Virus record (IMG/VR): IMGVR_UViG_3300032233_002382
Span: 224,001 to 288,000 of that record
Direction: 5' to 3' (one strand)
Origin: a virus
Lineage: Duplodnaviria > Caudoviricetes
Length of the DNA stretch: 64,000 bases
This document shows, piece by piece, positions 38,511 through 48,008 of the stretch. The notes beneath the pieces are model-generated. The model saw only the letters and a list, made by a program, of their open reading frames with translations, had not been told where the DNA came from and made no database searches. Made by a program: the position numbers and the translations under genes. Position 1 is the first letter of the stretch; each line of letters opens with the position of its first letter.

Positions 38511-39038
38511 CTACATCTCAACATCAGGTAACTTATCGGCTGCCTCAGTAAAGCCATGTTCGACTAGTGTTTCACCAATTGCGGGCTTCTCTTTCTCATC
38601 ATACGAGCACATAAACCGCAGGGTATCCTCTTCTGCCGCGAACTTGGCACTCGATGAGTACTCTTTAAAATCCCTAGGCGTGAGCTTAACATAGTCGTGA
38701 GAAAGAATAGACTCAAGCGCTTTTCCATCGAAGAACGCTTGGTCTGATGACATGCGGGTTTCAGGAGCCATCATCTTAGGGTCGACATTCATGAAAGCCC
38801 AGCCGAAAGGCGTAAGGCTCGCCCATACCGGCTCCATATTGGTCACAAGACTCCCGACAACATCATGTTCTGTATAAGCTCCACCCTCAAAAATCGCTAC
38901 CTCAATTCGAGGTTCGCCAGTCAATTCGGATGCAAGTTTACGAAGATGTTTTAAGACTAATTCGCGAGATGGATTTTTCGAGGCATCTATTTTAGAAGCG
39001 ATCCGACGTAAAGTAGCAGACAAGTCAGCAGGTTTCAT
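38511..39038 (-). CDS. Hypothetical protein sharing ~40-aa N-terminal helical module with 58438
   Basis: MKPADLSATLRRIASKIDASKNPSRELVLKHLRKL. Confidence 0.6.
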   Translation of the reverse strand: MKPADLSATLRRIASKIDASKNPSRELVLKHLRKLASELTGEPRIEVAIFEGGAYTEHDVVGSLVTNMEPVWASLTPFGWAFMNVDPKMMAPETRMSSDQAFFDGKALESILSHDYVKLTPRDFKEYSSSAKFAAEEDTLRFMCSYDEKEKPAIGETLVEHGFTEAADKLPDVEM

Positions 39039-39094
39039 AATCATCTCCTTCCACTACTGGCACATTAGAAATGTATAATCGGTGCAAACAAATA

Positions 39095-39132
39095 CGAATC
39101 GGCCCTGGACGTTTCCATCCAGGGCCGATTCG
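39095..39132 (-). terminator. 15-bp hairpin terminator after major capsid gene
   Basis: CGAATCGGCCCTGGA-8nt-TCCAGGGCCGATTCG followed by TATTTGTTTG on minus strand. Confidence 0.75.
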
Positions 39133-39151
39133 ACAGTTCAGTTTTTCGAAA

Positions 39152-40039
39152 TTAGCGGGTGACGATCAGACGCACTAAACCACGCGGATTGTACGCGCCG
39201 ATACCAAGGTTCTCAAACATTGAGAATCCTATCGTCCGCTCCTCGGGGTTGTCAGCGGAGAGAACCGTGAGCTCAGTACGGACCGGAATGCGTCCGAACA
39301 TCTCAGGCTCGCAGCAGACGTAGACAACGCCAGCGGGAACGATACGGGAGACGATGAACTGAGCGTTCCAGCCCGTCGCCATCATACCGGTCTTCCACAG
39401 GGTCGCCTGGCTCTCGATGTCGAGGACGTCACGGCCGAACTTACGGATGTCGGCATAGTCGACCGCGTTCATGTAAACGCGAGCGACGCGGAGGTCCTGA
39501 CGCTCGATCTCGGCGAACGCGTCCGCGAGGACGGCCGGAGAGATCGGCGCGACAACCGGGATGTCCGGGTTCGTTCCACCGGGGAGTGAATCGAAGCCGT
39601 TGGCCGCGATCGCATCCATGATGGAGAACACGCGATCGTCCTCAGCAGCCTGGATCTGGGCCTTGCCGAGATCCTGCATACGCTTGAGTAGATCGTACCG
39701 GCGCTCCTTGACCTGGGTCAGGGGAGCCTTCGGTAGAGCCGCGATCTCGAAGAGCGGGAAGATAACGCGGCGGGGCTTGGCAACCGCCGTGATGGACTCG
39801 CCCTCTTCACCGATCACGTACGCGACAACGTCCGGATCCTTGTCGTAGATCGGGAGAGCGCCGTCCGGAAGCTGCTCGACCAAGAAGGTCTTGCGGCCAA
39901 CGGACGAGTAGTCGCGGCGCTCGCGCAGCGGCTGGATCATGCTGGCAGCGAGGTGACGACGACCAGCGGCGGTGCTAATGTACTTATCGACAACCTGCTC
40001 CTTGAGCGCGTTGTCTACAACCTGAACGCCAAATGACAT
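39152..40039 (-). CDS. Major capsid protein (HK97-fold)
   Basis: 295 aa after protease, scaffold and decoration genes; E-loop-like VIGEEG; C-terminal IGFSMFENLGIGAYNPRGLVRL typical of MCPs; strong codon bias. Confidence 0.8.
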   Translation of the reverse strand: MSFGVQVVDNALKEQVVDKYISTAAGRRHLAASMIQPLRERRDYSSVGRKTFLVEQLPDGALPIYDKDPDVVAYVIGEEGESITAVAKPRRVIFPLFEIAALPKAPLTQVKERRYDLLKRMQDLGKAQIQAAEDDRVFSIMDAIAANGFDSLPGGTNPDIPVVAPISPAVLADAFAEIERQDLRVARVYMNAVDYADIRKFGRDVLDIESQATLWKTGMMATGWNAQFIVSRIVPAGVVYVCCEPEMFGRIPVRTELTVLSADNPEERTIGFSMFENLGIGAYNPRGLVRLIVTR

Positions 40040-40074
40040 GATATATCTCCTTCCTTAGTATTTGATGATGATGC

Positions 40075-40761
40075 TTAGATGAAGCTAAGCATCAAGAACA
40101 TCTCGGTTGAGGTGGCGTTCGGGGGAGCAAGGACGAGACCTAGACGGGTGCAATCAGCCTCGGTAGCGGTTCCGCCACCAGCGTTGATCGCCTGAGCCTC
40201 GTAGGTGTCTTCCCAAACGTTGGTCACTAGACCGTTGACCGAAGCGTAGAGACGGTCGCCGACGTTGTAGGTGAGATCGTTGCCGACCACACCGCCGCCC
40301 GTCGTGGTCTGGCGCTCGGTCTCATAGATCTTGAGACCGACCGAACCACCACGGAGGAACGGACCCTTACCAGACGCCACACCAGGGGTGTTCTCATAGG
40401 CGTTGCCGAGAGCGTCATTGATGAACAGGCCGACCGGCTTCATGCCGGAAACAACCTGAGCCGTACCACCCGCTAACGTGAGCGAGTAGTAAACGCCACC
40501 GACCTTGGTGGGACCGCCGACGAGGTTCTCACCTTCGTCGTTGCGGGTAAAGGCGACGGAGCCGCCGAGTACGCCCTTCTTCACCGTAGCGGGAAGGGTG
40601 GTTGATACGGCTGCAGCAGCCGTTACAACCGGAGGATTGCTCTGCGTAAACGCATCCGCCGTTAAGGCAGGAATCGAATCCTTCACAACGCTGTAAAGGA
40701 TACGAAGAGCGCCACTGCTTAGGGTGAAATCACCCGATGACTGACCACCGATCGAGCCCAT
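40075..40761 (-). CDS. Putative capsid decoration/cement protein
   Basis: Immediately upstream of MCP; PVGLFINDA...NTPGVASGKG motif; same codon bias as MCP. Confidence 0.55.
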   Translation of the reverse strand: MGSIGGQSSGDFTLSSGALRILYSVVKDSIPALTADAFTQSNPPVVTAAAAVSTTLPATVKKGVLGGSVAFTRNDEGENLVGGPTKVGGVYYSLTLAGGTAQVVSGMKPVGLFINDALGNAYENTPGVASGKGPFLRGGSVGLKIYETERQTTTGGGVVGNDLTYNVGDRLYASVNGLVTNVWEDTYEAQAINAGGGTATEADCTRLGLVLAPPNATSTEMFLMLSFI

Positions 40762-40929
40762 TTTTAACCTCCAGTTCGGACGTTACTTGAAATTGTTCAT
40801 TAGGAGTTCAGAAATCGATTTTAATTCAGTCCGTTTCCGCGAATTACTAAATCGATTTCTTACTTCTTCATTCACAACTTCGTTCACATCGACTGAAAAA
40901 TTGGTTTAGGTATCCGTATCTAGTCTCTA

Positions 40930-40972
40930 CGAAACCGCTGGGCTCCCTCGGCGGGTGAGCCCAGCGGTTTCG
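40930..40972 (-). terminator. 16-bp hairpin after scaffold gene (terminator or stabiliser, no U-tract)
   Basis: CGAAACCGCTGGGCTC-11nt-GAGCCCAGCGGTTTCG. Confidence 0.55.
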
Positions 40973-40982
40973 CCACTTTCAA

Positions 40983-42296
40983 TTAGGGGCGATCCCAAAG
41001 GTTCGTTAGAGCGGACTCTGGCGCTTCCTTTGAAGCCTTCACCGCGCCGAGCTTCTTGGCTCCCTTAGAGGAAGCGGTGCGCTCGACGTTGTAGCCAGCA
41101 GCGCGAGCAACGGACTCGCGCTGAGCCGCCATGATCTCGCGCTGAGCCTTAACCTCAGGATCATCAGCGAATAGCGCCTCTAGTGCGCTGGTGTGGACCT
41201 GCATCGACTCCGTATCCTCGTCGAAAGAGATCGCAGGAGAAGACGCCATAGCCATCCCAGCAGGCGCAGGGGCAGGCGCAGGAGCAGCCATACCCTCAGG
41301 CATCATGGCGGGAGCCGGAGCAGGCGCAGGAGCAGCGTCACCACCCTCTTCCTCTGAGTGGTTCATAAGAGCCGCTAGCATTTCCTCAGCGGTCATGCTA
41401 TTAGACTTCTCTTCGCCCCACTTCTCCTCGGAAACGTGAGCTTCCTCAGACAGAGACCCACTACCGCCACTGCCTTCAGAAGCGGAAGCCTCAGAAGCAG
41501 AAGCTTCTTTCATTGGTGAAGCCTTCTTTTCATGCTCCGAACCCGGAGCTTTTTTCGACCCGGACTTCTTGGCAGCCGCAGCGGCTGGCTTCTCAGAGCC
41601 GTCTTCAGAACCGCCCTCAGAAGCTTCTTTCGACATGGAGGCTTCGGAAGCGGCTACCTTAGAGGTAGCGACCGCCTTGATGATGGACTTGAGAGTCAGA
41701 TCGTCGATCTGGTAGATCGCACGAGCTAAACGCTCAACAGTGGGCTCATCCGCCGCCTCATCAAGCATACGAGCCGCAAGCTTGGTGCAAGCGTAAGCGC
41801 GCTTGAAACGAGCCTCTTCCGGCATCGCGGCAGGAGAAGCCTCGGTCATAGCCTTCAGAGCGCCATTGATGCTAGCGTCCGGAAGCGCCATGAAGCCAAC
41901 GGCGACCTTCTTGACAAGGTCCTTGTTTTCGGTACGAAGAAGAGCAGAAGCTAAGCGGTGTGAAGCAACCGCCTTACGCTCTGACGCAAACTTGTGGTTA
42001 TCGTACTTGTGATCACCCCAGGCCGGGCGATCGAAAGTGGGAGCCTGGAACTCCGCAAAGCCCACTTCGTTGCGCTTAACGTGGCCCTTAGCATCATAGT
42101 CAGCCTTGACAAGAGACTTGTCGTAGCTAGCAGGCGTCTCAGCCCAAGTATCTGGACCAGCATCAGCCGCCATATACTGATCGGCAGAGGGCTGCGGATG
42201 CTCAACATTCATCTCATAAATGTCAGCTTTCCGTGAGGTAGCCGCCTGACGATTAGTCTCACGGCCGGGAACTTGCCAGGTGGTACGCTCGCGCAT
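40983..42296 (-). CDS. Putative scaffolding protein
   Basis: Between protease and capsid genes; Ala/Glu/Ser-rich low complexity, APAPAP repeats, C-terminal LTNLWDRP; start reassigned to ATG 42296 (SD GGAGG). Confidence 0.6.
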   Translation of the reverse strand: MRERTTWQVPGRETNRQAATSRKADIYEMNVEHPQPSADQYMAADAGPDTWAETPASYDKSLVKADYDAKGHVKRNEVGFAEFQAPTFDRPAWGDHKYDNHKFASERKAVASHRLASALLRTENKDLVKKVAVGFMALPDASINGALKAMTEASPAAMPEEARFKRAYACTKLAARMLDEAADEPTVERLARAIYQIDDLTLKSIIKAVATSKVAASEASMSKEASEGGSEDGSEKPAAAAAKKSGSKKAPGSEHEKKASPMKEASASEASASEGSGGSGSLSEEAHVSEEKWGEEKSNSMTAEEMLAALMNHSEEEGGDAAPAPAPAPAMMPEGMAAPAPAPAPAGMAMASSPAISFDEDTESMQVHTSALEALFADDPEVKAQREIMAAQRESVARAAGYNVERTASSKGAKKLGAVKASKEAPESALTNLWDRP

Positions 42297-42334
42297 GTTA
42301 GATGCCTCCTGATTCATGATAATTTATCAGAATC

Positions 42335-43888
42335 CTAAATAGTAGCTATACTTGCAATCTTGCCCTTCCAGGACAAGAAATTTAGTTCACGCTGATTCAA
42401 AGGTCTACCGGCTTTGGTTGTACAAGCAATCAAGAATGCTTTCTCGCTTTTGTAATTGCTCATAGGTCCAACGGAGATAGCCAATTTATATAATCTAGTA
42501 TCGTAATTCTTTCCCTTGACTCTATCCTCAATCCATGAAAGGACTAACAGATCCTTGGGGGTCAAAGAGGCCTTTTTAATAGCTTTGAGACCGCCCTTGT
42601 GGACGATATCATGAGCTTTAACCGCCCAGTCAGCGATTTTTGGATTTTTAACTACCGCAGACACTTTGGATTTAAACGACGCGCCTCTCATCATCGAGTC
42701 GTTCATACTCGTTAAAGCAACCGGAGCTGCTTCTACGACACTTCCAACATCTTCTGGCTTAGGACCGATTTTGTCCGCAAGCTTCTCAACCATGATTGTT
42801 AGAAGTTGTTCTTGGACTTTGTCTAATAGCGCATCGATTTTATCGCTAGAGTCACTCGTCGGTTCAGATGACTGACTATCGGAAGGAGCCTGATCAGACT
42901 GTGCTTGTTCTTCTGGAGCAGAGTCTTGAGAGTCACTATCGTCCGAAAGTAGCGATTCTAGGTCGTCGCCTCCTTGATCATCCTGCGCAGCATACTTAAT
43001 AGAAGCAGCTTTCTTAATTCCATCTAAGGGAATGATGCTTCGCGCAGAATTAAGTTCGATCGCATCGTTCATTTTCGCTGCGACTTGAATTTGATCAGCG
43101 TTGAGGAAATTCCGACGCACTGCGCCCCTAAAAGCCGGATTTTTTACCCAACTCGCTTCGATAAATTGATTCGAATTTGGCACGCTTACATGACCAATTA
43201 ACTCGGCGATCTTATTCTTCGCCCCAGATTCATCCAAGTATTCCGTGTGCTTGCCTTCATACTGGATGCAAGGGCACAGCTGCGAATCATCTGCCGCCAC
43301 ATTTCCGCACTTTGAGCATATCGTAAATAACGATATGCAGCCCATGCTTAAGCCAGTAATGCCGCCCGAAAGAATATCACTTACTAACTGCTGATGCTTG
43401 CGGTCTGTCGCTACCAAAATATCAATGTAACAGGTGTTGCCGAGATCTCTAGCTATGGCGTCGACAATGAACCCCTTCGAAAGCTCAGGAAGCTGAATGT
43501 GCTCTAGATAGTTATGAGCACCGATGAAAGTACGATAAGTAGATAGCAGGAGCGAACGCTCCCAAGCATCACCATTATTGTTGATTATGTCGCTGCATTC
43601 AGGCTTAATTCTAAAATCAGGGTAGCGAACATCAATTTGGACGCCCTTGTTCATGTGGCGTCCGGTCTTACTTCCCTTAGGCTGATACGTATCGACAGAA
43701 GCAACTATGGTGGCGTGACTGAGTAGGTATTGCTTGGGGTCACACTTGCGGAGGGTGGTCTTAGCAATACGATGGACATGATCTTTAGGTATCGCGCCTT
43801 CATTCTGACCACGAATTACTTCCATCCAGTTATCAAAATGAATGTCTTTCTGGCTAACTATAGCTTTAGCATAACGTCTAGTGGCCAT
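42335..43888 (-). CDS. Prohead maturation protease (HK97/herpes-type) with Zn ribbon and C-terminal extension
   Basis: NYLEH (His), GLSMGC (Ser), CSKCG...CPC and FIEASWVKNPAF motifs. Confidence 0.75.
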   Translation of the reverse strand: MATRRYAKAIVSQKDIHFDNWMEVIRGQNEGAIPKDHVHRIAKTTLRKCDPKQYLLSHATIVASVDTYQPKGSKTGRHMNKGVQIDVRYPDFRIKPECSDIINNNGDAWERSLLLSTYRTFIGAHNYLEHIQLPELSKGFIVDAIARDLGNTCYIDILVATDRKHQQLVSDILSGGITGLSMGCISLFTICSKCGNVAADDSQLCPCIQYEGKHTEYLDESGAKNKIAELIGHVSVPNSNQFIEASWVKNPAFRGAVRRNFLNADQIQVAAKMNDAIELNSARSIIPLDGIKKAASIKYAAQDDQGGDDLESLLSDDSDSQDSAPEEQAQSDQAPSDSQSSEPTSDSSDKIDALLDKVQEQLLTIMVEKLADKIGPKPEDVGSVVEAAPVALTSMNDSMMRGASFKSKVSAVVKNPKIADWAVKAHDIVHKGGLKAIKKASLTPKDLLVLSWIEDRVKGKNYDTRLYKLAISVGPMSNYKSEKAFLIACTTKAGRPLNQRELNFLSWKGKIASIATI

Positions 43889-43931
43889 ATTTCCCTCTAA
43901 TGTAGTTACTTCATAATAATTTGATAAATAC

Positions 43932-43969
43932 GATTCGGGCCTAGAAGGATTTCCTTCTAGGCCCGAATC
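43932..43969 (-). terminator. 17-bp hairpin terminator
   Basis: GATTCGGGCCTAGAAGG-ATTT-CCTTCTAGGCCCGAATC followed by GTATTT on minus strand. Confidence 0.7.
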
Positions 43970-43976
43970 TAACTGC

Positions 43977-44183
43977 TTAGTCCTTCTTTTGAACGAACGT
44001 GTACATTTCGGAAGCCACCTTAGTAATTTCCGAAACCGTAGGTACGGGCACTTCTTTGGGTGGCCGATTGTCTAATTCGGCGGCCCGACGCTCGATTTCC
44101 ACCTTCTGATGCCAGTCTTGCATCAGGTGATCACGAGCTTCGTGCATCAAAGCGTGCCTAATCTCAAATCCATTAGATCCCAT
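43977..44183 (-). CDS. Small conserved-looking phage protein
   Basis: NGFEIR..LM.EA...P.VSEI.KVA..MYTFV pattern; SD GGAGG. Confidence 0.6.
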   Translation of the reverse strand: MGSNGFEIRHALMHEARDHLMQDWHQKVEIERRAAELDNRPPKEVPVPTVSEITKVASEMYTFVQKKD

Positions 44184-44260
44184 GACGCCCTCCGTGTGTG
44201 TTGACAGACCTTCATGGTCTAGTCATAGAGTCTGGGCTTGACTCTGAATTACCTTACTAA

Positions 44261-44956
44261 TTACATTATATCTCGAGAATGGATAGAAAACCCGCAGGAT
44301 CGGCATTGCTTTATGTTCTTGCCCTGACGATACCTTCGGTCATACATCTTAGTAGCGCACCTAGGACACTTGATTATACCCGTAGCCTTCTCTCCCTGAG
44401 AACGCTTATACTTCCGGTTCGCGTTGCCCCAATATAAAGCAAGACGACGACCCGCACCATAAAGATTTTTCACAGTGCGATCGACGGTATCAAAACCATA
44501 GATGTGACCACATTCGCTTGCCAGACGATTTGCAGCGGTGACTTCTTCTACCCCATCATGGAAAAGTTGGCAGGCCTTAATGTAGAGAGGCTGCGTAAAA
44601 GACTCGAAGTCCGAGACAATATCAGAAGCTAAGCTTTTGCGCCATTTCTCATCCGACTTGGCGCTCTCCTCGGTGTTCATATACCGAGATTTTTCATAGG
44701 TCGAATAGCTCTGATCTAACTTTAAGGGAGGTAAGAAATCCACGGACCCAGCCCGAACCAACTCCGTCGGCACTTCCAGATAAGCTCCGAACGGCCACTG
44801 AACCATTACAACGCCGGTTTCAGTATTCGAGTAAATCACCCGACCCACATACGGGGTCATAAGCGTATCGCGATAATTTGCACGCCGAACAATATCGCCA
44901 GCTCTAAATTCTCGAGCCATCTGCACATTGTCGACATAAGCCGTTTTGTTATGCAT
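44261..44956 (-). CDS. SH3/KOW-like N-terminus plus C-terminal Zn ribbon
   Basis: FRAGDIVRR...GRV...VQWP; CPRC...CRSCG; start reassigned to ATG 44956 (SD GAGGT). Confidence 0.55.
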   Translation of the reverse strand: MHNKTAYVDNVQMAREFRAGDIVRRANYRDTLMTPYVGRVIYSNTETGVVMVQWPFGAYLEVPTELVRAGSVDFLPPLKLDQSYSTYEKSRYMNTEESAKSDEKWRKSLASDIVSDFESFTQPLYIKACQLFHDGVEEVTAANRLASECGHIYGFDTVDRTVKNLYGAGRRLALYWGNANRKYKRSQGEKATGIIKCPRCATKMYDRRYRQGKNIKQCRSCGFSIHSRDIM

Positions 44957-44973
44957 GGTATACCTCAAATACA

Positions 44974-45010
44974 AGTGATCCATGAAGAGGTTAACTCTTC
45001 ATGGATCACT
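44974..45010 (-). terminator. 16-bp hairpin after 45026 gene
   Basis: AGTGATCCATGAAGAG-5nt-CTCTTCATGGATCACT followed by TGTATTT on minus strand. Confidence 0.65.
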
Positions 45011-45025
45011 AGATATTGTATCTGA

Positions 45026-45514
45026 TTAATCAGCCCAGGTCTTGGCGCTGGCGGTAGACTTCTTACCAGCCCCAGCCCAAGAAGGCTGCTTGACCGTCTT
45101 ACCGCCATTAGAGAGCGGAGACTGATCGCGAACACTGAACTCAGGACGGTCAGTCACGATCGAAGAACGATCCGCGTCAAAAGTCGGAATATCCTCTGAC
45201 CAGCGAGCGCCATGACCGGCGTTGTGCATATAGGTCTCGTCCGCTTCAACGTGAAGAGGCTTAACCGGATTCTCAAACGTCGCCATGTATTTCTCATCGG
45301 CGTCGTGCTGAAGCACCTTGGCCTTGCGGCGGAGGAAGCTCTCGCGACCAAACGCGGTGGCCTCAAACCGATCCGCAAAGGAATCTAGCTGCGTCAACAT
45401 CGAAGAAGCGACACGGCCATCCAACTTGCCAGCCGCTACGAGCTTCTCGATCCGAGTAGCAGCGGCGTCGAGATTTGAAAGTACTTTATTAGCAGTGTCC
45501 TTAGGAATGGCCAT
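45026..45514 (-). CDS. Putative high-copy head/internal protein
   Basis: MCP-like codon bias; internal repeat DADEKYM/EADETYM. Confidence 0.5.
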   Translation of the reverse strand: MAIPKDTANKVLSNLDAAATRIEKLVAAGKLDGRVASSMLTQLDSFADRFEATAFGRESFLRRKAKVLQHDADEKYMATFENPVKPLHVEADETYMHNAGHGARWSEDIPTFDADRSSIVTDRPEFSVRDQSPLSNGGKTVKQPSWAGAGKKSTASAKTWAD

Positions 45515-45555
45515 ATTTATCTCCGTTATCCTAAAATGTTATGAAAGGCGTAAAA

Positions 45556-47970
45556 TTACCAGGAGAGATCGGAAGAGTCAACCGAGGCCTTATGCTTCTT
45601 TCCAGCCTTCTTTGAAGCCTTCTTCTTATCGTCTGACCTAGAAGAAGATGACTCCACCTTCTTGGGAGATGCCTTCTTACCGGACTTCTTCTTAACCGCC
45701 TTCTTCTTAGCCGCGATTATCGGCATAAGAACAGAACGGCTACCAGGATTCTCGAAGGCAACACGCACCAGCGTGTTCACGTCCACCGCTACCATATCCT
45801 CGGAAGCAGTGCGAATTAGATCGACATTGAACTGACCAATAAGCGAAGCTAAACGAGCAGCAGCTTCCGGGTTCTTCGCCTTAATTTCCTGAGCGATCTT
45901 AAGCATACCACCAATTGTTTCATTCATGGTTGACGCCTTCTTTGGCTTTCCAGCCGTGGTTAAGAGTGTTTCGGACAGTAAATCGGTTTTGTAATCACCC
46001 AACCGATTCAACAACATATTATAGGTAGGAGCGTCTATTTTGCTTTGGTAAGCCGAATTATCGGCTGTCGAAATAGCAAGATCTAACGCCGCCCGAATTT
46101 GGACATCAGGAGCTGAACCATTCCAGTTATTTTGGAGCCAGCCCCCTTTAAGAAATTCTTTAGCCGAAGCAATAATAGCATCGTAATGATCCTTATTAAG
46201 GTAACGCTTATCTAAGAAGGACCAACCAGAATAGGGCCCGTCTGGACCACCCTGGGTCAAAACACCATGATATGTCGCTGTTCTAGTCATCCTAGATTCC
46301 AACGGTTTATTAGAAGATGATAATTTAAGGGATTTGATCCGAGAAGAATTCGGAAACTGCTTTTTAAGTTTTTCGAGCATAGTTTGCTCGAGCAAAGAAG
46401 AGTCGACGATATCTACTTTTCTTGCCGCAGAATCCAATTCTTCCATAGCTTTAATCCAACTATCAAGCGCGTCATCTATATCGTAGTATTTAGGACGCCT
46501 AGCTAGATCCTCCAAGTCTACATCACTGCTCTGCTCCACCGCTTTTTTAAATTCGTCAGTGGTTTGCTTGATGCTGTATAATTCTAGCATCAAGCCATAA
46601 ACGTCTTTCGTAAATTTATCTAATACGGTTTTAAAATCTTTAGAAGGCAACTCGGCATTAGCGCGAAGATACTCGTAAAGTTTAAGGCTCACAGCCCAAG
46701 ATTCGAAATTGGGTATATCTTTGTCGATTTCAAAGTCTGGATCTGAACTTTTTCCAAGTATAAGTTCGGCCAGAGATTTTTCAACTTCGGAACTATCCTG
46801 AGATTTCTTAACCAGCGAACCCAGAGCCTGAACAGATCTAGGTAGTGATTTCTGAACGTTCTCCACGTTACGACGAAGTGATTCAATGTAACCCGCTCGG
46901 GCGCCCCACGGTATTTCGCCGGTCGCCATATTCCAATTACGTTCTAAAGATTTTAGAATACTATATATGTTAGAGCCTGGCGACTGTTCGCTTAGGCGCT
47001 TGAATGCCTTGAATTGATCGTCTATGTATTTTCGTACTGATTTTTCCTGATCAACGGATTTTTCAGAAGGCTTTTCAGCGGGCGGGGAATATAACTTCTT
47101 GGTGATAGACTGTGTCTGATCCGGGTACTTCTTTATTAAGGACTGTGCCGCATCATTTGTAACCTTGAAGTATTTTTTACCATCTTGGTCAACAGTAGGG
47201 GGCGCAAATTCCTTAAGAAATTCGAATTCAGGCAGTACGGGGATTAATGGAGTTCCGGACGGGTGAGTTAAAACTGCACGCACCACTTTCTCGATAGAGT
47301 CATACAAAGCCTGGTCGACTGCATTCACATCGGCAGGACGTTCATTCAAGGTTTTCACAATAACGGACCACATCGGTGCGTCGACAAGAAATACTTTATT
47401 TCCAGATTCCTTGGTTTTAACTTCTAGACCTATATCGTTTTCGAGAAACTTCATCTGATCGTGATATGGATATTCTAATACTGTATCTATATTTGATTTA
47501 AACCATTCCTCTAATGATATATCCTTAGGCAACTTATTGCGAGCAATAAGGTTACTTTCCATCTTTTCTAAGATGTTGTAATTTATTGCAGATACTTTAA
47601 AATAAGAAGACGCTTTTTTGCTAAAGGCAAATTCAGGAAAAGAATTATTGAAGTCTTCGACAAAATTAGAGGCAAGTGTCGGACTTACTGAGTTTAATAA
47701 AGAATATAGTTTATCGCGATCTTTCAAAGCTTCAGATGCCAACCGAAAGGCGATCGCAGTTGCGCTATACTTAGGGCTTAGACTTAAATCTTTATCGAAT
47801 TCTTTCTCAGAAGTATCGATCCGACGACGACGCTGGAAACTGCGTTTTTCTCTCTTCGGCTTATACTTTCGATCACCACGTGGCTTTCGGCCGCTAGGCA
47901 TAAGACGGCGGACCTCGGCGTCCTCCTTATCAGATTCAGTCACCTTTTTACCTGATAAGAAATACCGCAT
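45556..47970 (-). CDS. Large head-associated protein with basic N- and C-terminal tails
   Basis: 804 aa between portal and protease; Arg/Lys-rich start and Lys-rich end. Confidence 0.5.
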   Translation of the reverse strand: MRYFLSGKKVTESDKEDAEVRRLMPSGRKPRGDRKYKPKREKRSFQRRRRIDTSEKEFDKDLSLSPKYSATAIAFRLASEALKDRDKLYSLLNSVSPTLASNFVEDFNNSFPEFAFSKKASSYFKVSAINYNILEKMESNLIARNKLPKDISLEEWFKSNIDTVLEYPYHDQMKFLENDIGLEVKTKESGNKVFLVDAPMWSVIVKTLNERPADVNAVDQALYDSIEKVVRAVLTHPSGTPLIPVLPEFEFLKEFAPPTVDQDGKKYFKVTNDAAQSLIKKYPDQTQSITKKLYSPPAEKPSEKSVDQEKSVRKYIDDQFKAFKRLSEQSPGSNIYSILKSLERNWNMATGEIPWGARAGYIESLRRNVENVQKSLPRSVQALGSLVKKSQDSSEVEKSLAELILGKSSDPDFEIDKDIPNFESWAVSLKLYEYLRANAELPSKDFKTVLDKFTKDVYGLMLELYSIKQTTDEFKKAVEQSSDVDLEDLARRPKYYDIDDALDSWIKAMEELDSAARKVDIVDSSLLEQTMLEKLKKQFPNSSRIKSLKLSSSNKPLESRMTRTATYHGVLTQGGPDGPYSGWSFLDKRYLNKDHYDAIIASAKEFLKGGWLQNNWNGSAPDVQIRAALDLAISTADNSAYQSKIDAPTYNMLLNRLGDYKTDLLSETLLTTAGKPKKASTMNETIGGMLKIAQEIKAKNPEAAARLASLIGQFNVDLIRTASEDMVAVDVNTLVRVAFENPGSRSVLMPIIAAKKKAVKKKSGKKASPKKVESSSSRSDDKKKASKKAGKKHKASVDSSDLSW

Positions 47971-48008
47971 ATTTCACCGCCTAAAGACTAGGCTTTACCA
48001 AAAATGTA

